A DNA stretch of 64,000 bases from Psammoneis japonica. Lineage: Eukaryota. Under the pieces are notes generated by a model. The model was not told the origin of the DNA, did not search any database, and was given only the letters and a program-made list of their open reading frames with translations. Within the stretch, counting starts at the first letter, position 1. Every line of letters starts with the position of its first letter. Position numbers and translations under genes: made by a program. Where the stretch lies: positions 248,001-312,000 of the forward strand of contig QPGO01000003.1 in the NCBI GenBank assembly GCA_008632985.1, in the 5' to 3' direction. Below, piece by piece: positions 23,777 through 34,381 of the stretch.

Positions 23777-25138
23777 ATGCCATCGAAAGCCATTGGTCCG
23801 AATGATGTCATCTCGGTACAAGGTCAGTATCTCTACCAACGTGATGGGTCACGTTTCTTCATGAAAGGGATTGCCTTTCCAGTGTCAATGGATAAAACGT
23901 ACAATTCAACTGCGTGGGTGGGAATTCTGCATCAACTGAATTCTCTAGAGCTCAACTACAACACGATACGAGTGTATCGTATGGACCCCGAGATTGATTA
24001 CTCTGAATTTTTCGAGGCAGCAGCATCTCTAGGCATTTATGTAATTGTTCCTCTGACGGCACCATCTGGGGATGGAGTGCTGGAGAGAGAAACACCGGCC
24101 CCCGGTTGCTACAACAAGCGCCTTTACAATTACGGCATTGCTTGTTTGCGTAATTTTCTAAAGTACCCGAATGTTCTAGCCGGCTTGTTGGCAAATGAAG
24201 TCATGAATTCCGAATCATCTTGGACAGCCGCACCCTGCATCAAGGCCTATGGACGAGATTTGAAATTGCACATGGTCCAACAAAACAAGAGGCCGCTGCC
24301 GCTTCTTTATGCCGCACAGCACTCTGGAATTGGCCAAATTGGCGACGTGAATACCATGTGGCTCACGCTAAACTATCTCACGTGCCAGTCTTCATCGTTG
24401 TCGTCATCGTCCAATGCGCTGATGCAGCCATCTGCGATTGACATTTTTGGTGTCAACGTGGAGAGTTGGTGCAGTTCGTTAGGCTCCTTTGAATTCAACG
24501 AAGACGGCAGTGCAGGTTCTTACTATTCTCTATGGCTCGGTTTGCATCAGAGCACGATTCCATTGGTGTTTACAGAAATGGGCTGCTCCCGATTGCAGTT
24601 TGATCGAGACAATGGCCTCCACACGCCCGAGGGAACCCGAGATTGGAAACAGGTGCATGCGGTATTGCACGAAATGTCAGACACGTGGTCGGGCTTTTGT
24701 GCATACGCCTACAATGGCAATTCCATGTTTTACATGTTTCAAGGCGGACCGTGGCATTCCGAGCCTCTAGAACCAACGAAGGATTTCTACAACTTTCGCC
24801 AAGCACTCCAACAAGAGGGCGCTGTAGCTGGTGGTGGAGAAAAGCATCAAGATCCACCAACGGATTTTGAAAGGCTCTTTACGCCATCGTGTCGAGAAGT
24901 AAAAGATGATTTGCAATCCTGCTGCGGCATTGATTTGTATGGTTTTTCTCGTATTCCCTCTTTTGCTATCGAAATGGAAGGTGCATCTTTGCAACATGCC
25001 GGAGGGTTGAAGAGAAGCTTTCTGGGATCCTCTGTAGTGCTCGTGATGGTCTCTTTGGTGGTGGCTGTGGTTGGAGTGACATTGCGAAAAGTTACGAGGG
25101 ACAATTCTCAACGTTCCTCTTACCGAACTATCAATTGA
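23777..25138 (+). CDS. GH72 1,3-beta-glucanosyltransferase (Gas/Gel-like) with C-terminal transmembrane anchor
   Basis: RFFMKGIAF, NTIRVY, LGIYVIVPL, ANEV (acid/base), DIFGVNVESWC, FTEMGC (nucleophile), WSGFCAYAY; C-terminal hydrophobic helix. Confidence 0.85.
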   Translation: MPSKAIGPNDVISVQGQYLYQRDGSRFFMKGIAFPVSMDKTYNSTAWVGILHQLNSLELNYNTIRVYRMDPEIDYSEFFEAAASLGIYVIVPLTAPSGDGVLERETPAPGCYNKRLYNYGIACLRNFLKYPNVLAGLLANEVMNSESSWTAAPCIKAYGRDLKLHMVQQNKRPLPLLYAAQHSGIGQIGDVNTMWLTLNYLTCQSSSLSSSSNALMQPSAIDIFGVNVESWCSSLGSFEFNEDGSAGSYYSLWLGLHQSTIPLVFTEMGCSRLQFDRDNGLHTPEGTRDWKQVHAVLHEMSDTWSGFCAYAYNGNSMFYMFQGGPWHSEPLEPTKDFYNFRQALQQEGAVAGGGEKHQDPPTDFERLFTPSCREVKDDLQSCCGIDLYGFSRIPSFAIEMEGASLQHAGGLKRSFLGSSVVLVMVSLVVAVVGVTLRKVTRDNSQRSSYRTIN

Positions 25139-25499
25139 TGTGGCATGCTTTACTGGCCACTGCTCTCCAAGAAAGATTGATCGATTATGTCTTGTTTGAC
25201 TTTGTTGTCATTTTTTTGTGGTTAGGTATCTTTCAGAACTTAGAAGTCGCCCACTTGTTACAAATCGCGCAAGATGTCTAGCACAGTGTGCCATCGCATG
25301 GGAGAGTCTCGTTGTCACTGTTCCTTTTGATGTGTCAGGCTAGGAACATCGCCACATTCACTCGAGTTACATCACGACCGACCTCCCAAGCTACATGCCG
25401 GCGAGTTGAGGGTGATTCGGTTCGGTTGTTTCAAAAAACAAAAAACCAATGAGAAAAAATCCAGACCAAAGTAAACCAGAGTCGCCCACGTCTACAACC

Positions 25500-26848
25500 C
25501 CTCGTGCTCACAAATCATTGGCTTCTGAAATCCTTTCTGGGAAGCAGGCCAAACCTTTCATCGAGGGTTGATGTTTTCAAACACACCACTCCCACCCCCC
25601 TTGCCCATTGGTTGCTGGCACATTGTTGCCACACTCGACTTCCGCATCCCTTGAAGTGAAAGGATGCAAAACACACAACCTCCATGTCACAGCACCCTGC
25701 TGTTGTCATTGACAAATGGTGACACAAAGGAAAAGAGAGTGCACTGCCACAACCTGGCACTGGGCAAGCAACAGCACAAACACATCAAGGCAAGCTGCAA
25801 GAGAGTGGGGCATCACTAAGACTCAAGACAGCTGAGCATCAAAGAGGACACCACAAGGCACCACAGGATTGGCAGCACAAGAGAGTGCATCACATTGAAC
25901 AGCTTGATGATGCCGGCACCCCAAGAGTCGTGCAGGAGAGGGTGAATTGACTTGCACAAACAATCAGACAGGGGTGCAGAAAACTCAAAAAGCACAAGCA
26001 ATTAAGTGCAAACTTGTTCCCACAGCTTTTCAGACAGACTGCAAAATTCTATGTTGGCAGGAAAGAAGTTTGAAAGTTTGGGTTTGAGAATCTGACATTT
26101 TGACATGAAAGAGAGAGAGAGAGAGACAGAGAGAGCAAAAATCATCAATGCCATGTCACCATTGCCACATGACCCACATGCCCACAAGAGCAACAGCGAC
26201 AATGCCCCATCAGATGCCATGGGACAAAGTCAAACTCAAACCAGCCAGATGCTCCACAAAAACATCTTAAGCCCATGATGTTTGCTGTGCATGAGCTTGA
26301 AAAAATTGGCTGTGTTCATGACATGTCATCAGAAAATTTTCAACAGGGGCATGTCTCTTGTCAAGGCACATTTTCCCATGAGGTTCTTGGCTCCAATTTG
26401 TCAAGATTGCTGGTCTGGTGCAAGTCAAAATGGATCCAAGAACAAGAGCTGCAGCTTCCACTTTTCTCATGAAGGAGACAAAGCAGAGGAAAGCACCAGC
26501 AGCGCTTCTCTCCATTTTTCCAGCTGGGTGAAAAAACTGCTGGAGAGGCTTGTGATTTCACAAACAAGTTGGTGGTGTTGGAATTCCTTTTGCCAACATT
26601 TGCAAATGACAGCAGGTGAAAATTTTGTCTCCTCCAGCAGGACAATGCGCTGGTCTCTCAGGCATTCATGTGGGGGGCACTGCTTGTCTTTGCTGACAGC
26701 CAAGCACGTGGTGGTGCTTGGTGGTTTTGTCTTGATGTTGTGTGTAAAAAACAGCAGAAACAAGAGAAAGCAGCTGCTGACAAGTCAAAGACAGGGGCAA
26801 AACATGACACTTCACTGAGAAAACAAAGATGAAGACAGCAGAGCATGA
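25500..26848. other. TpA/CpG-depleted degenerate domain into which the copia element inserted
   Basis: Near absence of TA and CG; TA-poor sequence continues after the right TSD (33960 onward). Confidence 0.7.
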
Positions 26849-27124
26849 TGACAGGATTTGAACAGGATTTGGATGCGCGCGAAGTGTCGCGCGCTGTTTA
26901 GTTTACCGCGCACAGTTTTGTGTGCTTTAGTTCCGCGCGTTCACGCGCGATGTAGTTTGCTTTCGAGCCACAAGGCTCACAAGAATAATAACAGTAGCCC
27001 GATTATACCGACTTACCCGTCTTTCGGCTCCTGTAACGGTCTCTGAGCGGAGACTCATCTGCTATTTAGACAGCAGTAAGGAGTTATTGTTTGAATTCTT
27101 GCCATTTGCCTTCAATTTCTGTCA
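26849..27124 (+). repeat. 5' LTR
   Basis: tgacaggatttg...caatttctgtca; direct repeat of 33679-33954. Confidence 0.95.
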
Positions 27125-28063
27125 GATTAACAGTCTTGCTCATTGTCAACCCATTGAGCAACCGCCATCGTCGTCGTTGATTTACCAACGACGCTATTTC
27201 AATTCTACGTGGACCTCCGTATATATTCTACATACATCGGCAAGTCTACGCGCATTCAATACCAGGGCATCGGCAGGAAGTTAACGTCACCGTCAAGTCT
27301 CCTTACCGCTGGATATCTGGATTGATTATACTACCTTTGATCGCTGAAGACATACATTCAACGGTCATATCCAAGTCTATCCTTGATCCTCATCCCTTGA
27401 TATACCTATTCATCGGTTAACGGTCAAGAACCCTACATATTCAAGGATCTTCGTCGCTGAAGACATGTGTGTGTGTGCACATCTTCACGGCCAAGAACCT
27501 GTACCCACTCTTCGGACTGCGGTTTTGCCACCACTCTACAAGCACACCGAGTCCATTGCACCTGATCTACCCCGGACTGCTGGTGCTCTACAGTTCTGCT
27601 AGGTCCACGAGGACGACTGTGAGAGCAAGCAGCCGTGATTGCAACCCACATTGGGGCGAGGGTGCTTTCCCGCGTTTGTTCGTTCGTCCACAGCGCCTGA
27701 CGCCTGCGTCAACTGGCCAGCCTGATCGGGAAATCCAACCGACATAAAATAAGAACGGTTCGGGGGTCTTGTCCACCTCTAGTCAGCTCACCTGCAGGGG
27801 TTTGCAACCCGCTGCTCCGCTCGCAAGCAACCCAAAGCGCCACCAGCTGCGGGTTTGGACGTGCCGGCACAACTCTACGGACCGGACAGGAAGTTTAGCA
27901 CTCAACAACGAACGGGACAACAAAGCCCGGCGACTTCTGATTTTAAGACAGCTCAAGATTTCAAGTCAAGTCTGTTTCAAGTCAAGCCTGTTCTCACCCA
28001 AGTTTCGAGTCTGCCTTCGCTTCCCAACCCGAATTGATTGTCCTGACACCACTTTCATCTACC

Positions 28064-31000
28064 ATGGTTCTCACTCGTCAGCAACAAACCGATGGTTTCG
28101 AGCACGTTGTTGGAACCGTGCTTGCCCAAGGTGCTGGGAGTCCTCTTCGTTCAGCTTTGGCCCAAGACGGCATGGACTCGCATCAGGAACCATTCACGTT
28201 CATGCCGTCCCAAATCGACTCGCTTGAGTGTGACAACGGCACTGATGCAATCCCTTTGCCCCGTGGTTATGAGAACATGTTAGCAGCACTGGTCAGCCTG
28301 TGCATTGTCAAAGCACACAAGGGTCTTGACGTTGCCAACGACTCCTCTTTGTTCGCGCATGACGAGTTCCTTGCCTGCCGCCTCAGCCCGGACTGCATGT
28401 CCTCTGTGTCCATCGGCAGCTCACCCCTTGCACCTCCACATGTCACCAACCCGACCAAGGCACGCGACCCGGTGCGAGACTTCAAGCGAGGCATCAAGCG
28501 TGATCCCACCGCTTTCACGGCTCTCAAATCCGACAAGCAGTGGCACACTTGGCACACCTCACTTGTGGCACAAGCCCGTGCCCAAGACGTCGAGTGCATT
28601 CTAGACTCGTCGTACAAACCGACCAGCCCCGAAGACAAACTGCTCTTCACTGAACAGCAAAAGCACATGTTCGCCGTCTTCGAACGCATCCTTCTCACCG
28701 ACAAGGGCAAGGCTCTCATTCACGAAAATGTGGGGTCTTCTGACGCACAGACCGTCTGCCGCTCCTTGTCTGAGTGCGCGCTTGCCTCCACCCGTGCATC
28801 CATCGAGTCCTCCACCCTGCTCATGCACCTCACCACCGCACGTCTTGGTGATGGCACTTGGAAAGGCCCGACCCACGGGTTCATCCTTCATTGGCAAGAT
28901 CAGTTGCGCAAGTGCGAGGCGCTCGTCCCTGCCAGTGACCACTTCTCTGAAGGACAGAAGCGCGTCATGCTCGAGAATGCCGTGCACCCTGTCGAGGAAC
29001 TCCGTGCTGTCAAGAACCAAGCTGATCAGCGCCGCACGCAGAGTGGCAAGAGCCTCACATACGATCAACACTGTGGCTTGCTCCTCTCCGCGGCAGCTCA
29101 GTGCGACAGCACGTTTCAACCCAAGACGACACCCAGAGCTCCCCGACGCGCCATGTGCGCACACGACGTCTGCTCCGAGGAACCGTCCGACGATGTGTTC
29201 TACGACATTGACAGCGATGTTGACGTCCTTCAAGCCAATGCTGCCTGCACCCGCGGTCCCAGCCTCACCGGTGTCCAATGGAGACGTCTCCCTCCCGACC
29301 ACCAACGGCTCTGGGATTCGTTGCCCGATTCCTCCAAGGCGATCATCCTTGAGCATTCTCGTCCGCCTCCCCGCAACCCGCGAGCCAGCAACTGCCATGA
29401 GTCTGTTACGGCCAACCTTCACGACCAACACCTTGGGAGTGACGGTGATGTCAACTTGTCCAACACGACTCCTGCTGACTGTGGTGACCCCGCTGCACAT
29501 GTGGACGCCACTTCGGACAATCCCATCCTGGCGCACCTCACCAAGCGCAAGCCACTGCCACCCGGTGATCTGCAACGTCTGTTGTCTCCTAACCAAGCCC
29601 CCAATGCCAGTCGACCGGGGCCATCCGCCGCTTCCTCTACCCCGCCAGCTTCTGCAGATAACACAGAACTTAACGGCCGCACTCACCGCCGCGTTGACAA
29701 CCACAATGTCATTTGCTCTGCCTCTGCTCATCGCTCCACACGCACTGGCGCTCTAGTCGATCGTGGGGCCAACGGCGGCATTGCTGGCGACGACGTTCGC
29801 GTCATCGCACGCACCTCTCGCCAAGTCGACGTTCAGGGCATTGACGATCATCAATTGGTGGACACCCCCATTGTCACCGCTGGTGCTGTCATTGAGACCC
29901 AGCGTGGTCCCGTCATCGCCATCCTCCATCAGTGCGCATGCACGGGAAAGGGCAAGACCATCCATTCCTGCGGCCAGCTCGAATGGTGCAAACAGGATGT
30001 CAACGATCGCTCTGTCAAGGTGCCCAACGGCTTGCAACGTATTGCCACTCCTGATGGCTGTGTCATCCCCATTGACATCAAGGCTGGCCTGCCTTGTGTT
30101 GCCATGCGACCTTACACTGACGCCGAATGGGACACCCTGCCCCATGTCATCCTCACCGGTGATGACACATGGACCCTTCCGTCCTCGATCACTCTGTCAC
30201 TGACGACGACCAGTGGTGCGACGCGATCTCTGACCTGCAGGACGATCCCACTGCCAACCTGTTTGACGAATGCGGCAACTGCCGTCACCGTGTCGTTGTC
30301 AACGAGACCATCTTGTCCGCTTCCTTGTCTGCCGATCACGCATCCGCCCTCGATGATCACCTCATTCCGAACGACGACGTGTTCTGCGAGTGTCATCTGC
30401 ATGCGATTGACCCCCAGGGCGATGACGTTCCACCTCCGGAGCGCACTGTACAGCCCAAGGACCCCCCCTTCGAGTCTCTTCGGCCTTGCTTTGGCTTCCT
30501 ACCTGCCGATGCGGTCCGTCGTACTTTTGACTGCACCACGCAGCACGCCCGCATGCCCGCCGGTACACACCTTCGCAAGGCCTGCAAATCACCCAACCCC
30601 GCCCTCAATGTGCACCGCCGCAACGAGCCTGTCGCCACTGACACCGTTCATGCCGACACCCCGGCCGTCGACTCTGGTTGCACCAGCGCCCAACTGTTTG
30701 TTGGCACCGCGTCTGCCGTCACTGACGTCTGCGGCACTAAGACGGACAAAGAGTTTGTCAACACACTCGAGGATCAGATCCGTGAACGTGGTGCCCCATC
30801 CAAACTCATCAGCGACCGTGCTCAAGTTGAGATCAGCAACAAAGTGCTCGGGATCCTGCGCACCCTCTTCATCTCCAGCTGGCAAAGTGAGCCTCACCAG
30901 CAACACCAAAACTTTGCCGAGCGTCGATGCCAGACCGTGAAGCGCGTGGCGAACACTGTCATGGACCGTTTTGGTTCGCCCGCCCACACATGGCTGCTGG

Positions 31001-33731
31001 CGCTCATGTGCGTGTGCTTCATGCTCAACCACACAGCGTCCCCACGTCTCCACTGGCGCACGCCCCTCGAGACTCTCACTGGATCCACCCCGGACATCAG
31101 CCCATTGCTTCGCTTTCACTGGTGGGAACCAGTGCACTTCCACCTCGATGATTCCGATTGGCCGTCCGAATCCCGTGAGTTGCGTGGACGCTTCGTTGGC
31201 ATTGCTGAGCACGTCGGCCACCAGATGACCTTCAAGATCCTATCTGACGAGACTCAGAAGATCCTCTGCCGGTCCAACGTTCGCTCCGCTGCCCCCGATC
31301 CTGCCGTTCGAAACCTGCGTCTTGATCCTCCTGATGGGAGCCACCTGAACCCATCATCAAATCTCGCCATGACGACAACCCCGTCGATTCTCCTGATGGG
31401 GAGATCAGGACACCCAAGATGCCAGTTTTCGATCCGCAAGACATCATTGGACGTACCTTCCTCATGCAGCCACAAGAGGACGGACAACGCCACAGAGCTC
31501 GCATCGTCAAGGCCGTCGAAGACCACGAATGGAAAGTGAACGGCAATCCCGAGCTCACCAAGTTCGTCTGCTCTGTCAACAATGACGAATACGAGGAAGT
31601 CCTTGCCTGCAATGACATCATGAATCACATTGAGCAAGAAGACGAAGACACCACCATTTGGAAATTTCGACGCATCGCATCACACGAAGGACCTCTGAAG
31701 CCTCACGACCCAACCTGGAAAGGCTCAAGCTACAACATCATGCTTGAATGGGAAAGTGGGGAGATCACGTCCGAGCCTCTTGCCATCATCGCCAAGGACG
31801 ACCCCGTCACCTGTGCCATCCATGCACGAGAGAACGGACTCCTAGACACGGATGGCTGGAAGCGGTTCCGCACTATCGCGAGGCGCCAAAAGAAGCTATT
31901 TCGCATGGCCAACCAAGCCAAGCTTCGCTCCTTCCGCACTGCACCTCGCTACAAGTGCGGATACAAAGTTCCCCGGAACTACAAACACGCCATGTCACTG
32001 GACGAACGCAACGGCAACCGCAAGTGGGGAGACGCAACTAATCTCGAGATGGACCAACTCGATGAATACGAAGTCTTCCATGACTGCGGGCCCTTCAAGT
32101 CTTCCACTCCTCCTGCGGGACACAAGAAGATCCGAGTGCACCTGGTGTTCGACGTGAAACACGACGGTCGCCACAAGGCACGACTCGTAGCCGACGGGCA
32201 CCTCACGGACGTACCTGTCGACAGTGTCTGCTCGGGAGTAGTCTCCCTCCGTGGCCTTCGGCTGATGATTTTCCTGGCCGAACTCAACGAGCTGGAGACA
32301 TGGGCCACCGACATTGGCAATGCCTGCCTTGAAGCCACCACCAAGGAGAAGCTTTACATTGTAGCTGGACCCGAATTTGGCAAACTCGAAGGACACATCC
32401 TTGTCATCCACAAGGCACTGTATGGACTGCGCAGCTCCGGTCTCCGCTGGCACGAGCGCTTCGCCGACTGCCTGCGAGCTGAAGGCTTCTTCCCCTGCCG
32501 CGCCGAACCCGACATTTGGATGCGCAGGAACGGCAACCACTGTGAACACATTGGCGTTTATGTGGATGACCTCGCCATTGCCATGAAAGACCCTCAATCT
32601 TTCATCGACACTCTCACGGAAAAGCACAAGTTCAAGCTCAAGGGTGCAGGACCCATTGAGTTCCATCTGGGTTGCGACTTTTCCCGGGACCCCGACGGAA
32701 CCTTGTGCCTGTCTCCGCGCAAGTACATCGAGCGCATGGTCGACAGCTGCACCCGATTGTTTGGGGAGAAACCTGCCACCAACGCCCTGTCACCTCTAGA
32801 GAAGGGTGACCACCCCGAACTGGACACTTCCGAACCACTGGGACCCGATGGCATTCACAAGTTCCAGTCTCTTGTTGGTTCACTCCAATGGGCAGTGTCC
32901 CTTGGTCGAATTGACATTGCCACGGCTGTCATGTCACTCTCTAGCTTCCGAGCTGCACCCCGTCAAGGCCACTTGGATCGTGCCAAACGCGTCTGTGGGT
33001 GCCTCTCCAAGATGCGACACGGTGCTCTCCGCGTTCGTACGGAAGAGCCCGACTGTTCGGATCTCCCTGCTCCGGCCTGTGAATGGATGCATTCCGTGCA
33101 TGGTGAAGCAGAAGAGATGGTCCCGAAGGACGCTCCACCGCCCCTTGGCAAGTTCGTCACTGCCACCCACTACGTCGATGCAAACTTGTGCCATTGCATG
33201 CTCACCGGACGCTCTGTCATGGGAATGCTCCACTTCCTCAACAAATTCCCGGCTGATTGGTTCTCCAAGAAACAAGCCACCGTGGAGACTGCAACCTGCG
33301 GATCTGAATTTGTTGCCGCAAGGAATTGTGTTGAGCAGATTGTCGACCTGCGCATCACCCTGCGCTGCCTTGGCGTCCCGATCCGTAATGTCAGTTACAT
33401 GTTCGGTGACAACAAGTCGGTTGTAGACAGTGCCACCATCCCGCACTCCAAGTTACACAAGCGACACACCGCACTGTCGTTCCACCGTGTGCGTGAGGCA
33501 ATTGCCTCTGGTTACCTTGAGTTCCACTTCATCGAAGGCTCCCGCAACCCTGCTGACATTCTCAGCAAGCATTGGGGTTGCTCCCAAATCTGGGACCTTC
33601 TCCGCCCCCTCATGTTCTGGAACTTCATCCCATCCGAAGTCGAATCTGTTTCTGTAGCTCCTCAAGCAAACTGGGGAGTGACAGGATTTGAACAGGATTT
33701 GGATGCGCGCGAAGTGTCGCGCGCTGTTTAG
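28064..33731 (+). pseudogene. Copia gag-pol polyprotein, Tyr-depleted, with frameshifts near 30175 and 31350
   Basis: Protease LVDRGANGG; integrase DTVHAD/SDRAQVE/HQNFAER; RT VFDVKHDGRHKARLVA and YVDD; RNase H DNKS and NPADILSKH. Confidence 0.9.
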
Positions 33732-33954
33732 TTTGCCGCGCACAGTTTTGTGTGCTTTGGTTCCGCGCGTTCACGCGCGATGCAGTTTGCTTTCGAGCCA
33801 CAAGGCTCACAAGAACAATGACAGTAGCCCGATTATACCGACTTGCCCGTCTTTCGGCTCCTGTGATGGTCTCTGAGCGGAGACTCATCTGCCATTTAGA
33901 CAGCAGCAAGGAGTTGTTGTTTGAATTCTTGCCATTTGCCTTCAATTTCTGTTG
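33679..33954 (+). repeat. 3' LTR (hypermutated at TpA)
   Basis: Direct repeat of the 5' LTR with 11 internal substitutions plus the terminal dinucleotide. Confidence 0.95.
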
Positions 33955-34381
33955 CATGATGAAAAGAGGACGGGCAATTTGCGGGGACTCACACAGAGGA
34001 GTCGAGGAACTGGTGGCAAACGTCCACCACGCAAACGTCTCTATTCTCTGTTCGTAAAATGGCTTCACTGCATGGAATCAACGAGGAAAAATTCAAAATG
34101 ACCCCATCCATCCTGGTCCGCGGTCACGCAAAATGTTTTTGGTTGACTGACTCGCACAGACCATTTTGGAAATTTGTGCAAACAGGGGAATGTGGGTTTC
34201 ACTGCACGACTCACTCACCAACCCCTGTAGGATTGTACGCAATTCCGTATGTGAAGTGTGATCGCGGTTATGGTGTCGAGTGAGTCTTGCACGTACCTCT
34301 TGCCTAACGTTTCGTCCATTTCAACTCTTTCCTACTTCTACTTGTCTGACGATGCTCGAATACGTCTAAAAAACAAACGTG

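Larger units (their letters stand above)
26849..33954 (+). mobile_element. Full-length Ty1/copia LTR retrotransposon, CoDi-type, with 5-bp TSD CATGA
   Basis: 276-bp LTRs 26849-27124 and 33679-33954; CATGA at 26844-26848 and 33955-33959; order gag-PR-IN-RT-RH; purine tract ggggag immediately before the 3' LTR. Confidence 0.95.

Noticed and set aside
30170..31360. Programmed frameshifts in the copia pol
   Set aside because: Positions do not match a gag/pol junction and similar indels occur in host genes; likely errors or decay
28064..33731. Alternative genetic code (Cys/His codons read as Tyr)
   Set aside because: Neighbouring live genes use TAY for conserved Tyr normally
26849..33954. ADAR/RNA editing or RT error as the cause of the A->G changes
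   Set aside because: Changes occur on both strands, differ between LTRs of one insertion and affect an intron-containing host-gene copy
26849..33954. Classical fungal RIP (CpA->TpA)
   Set aside because: Direction is opposite: conserved Tyr codons are lost and TA is depleted, not enriched
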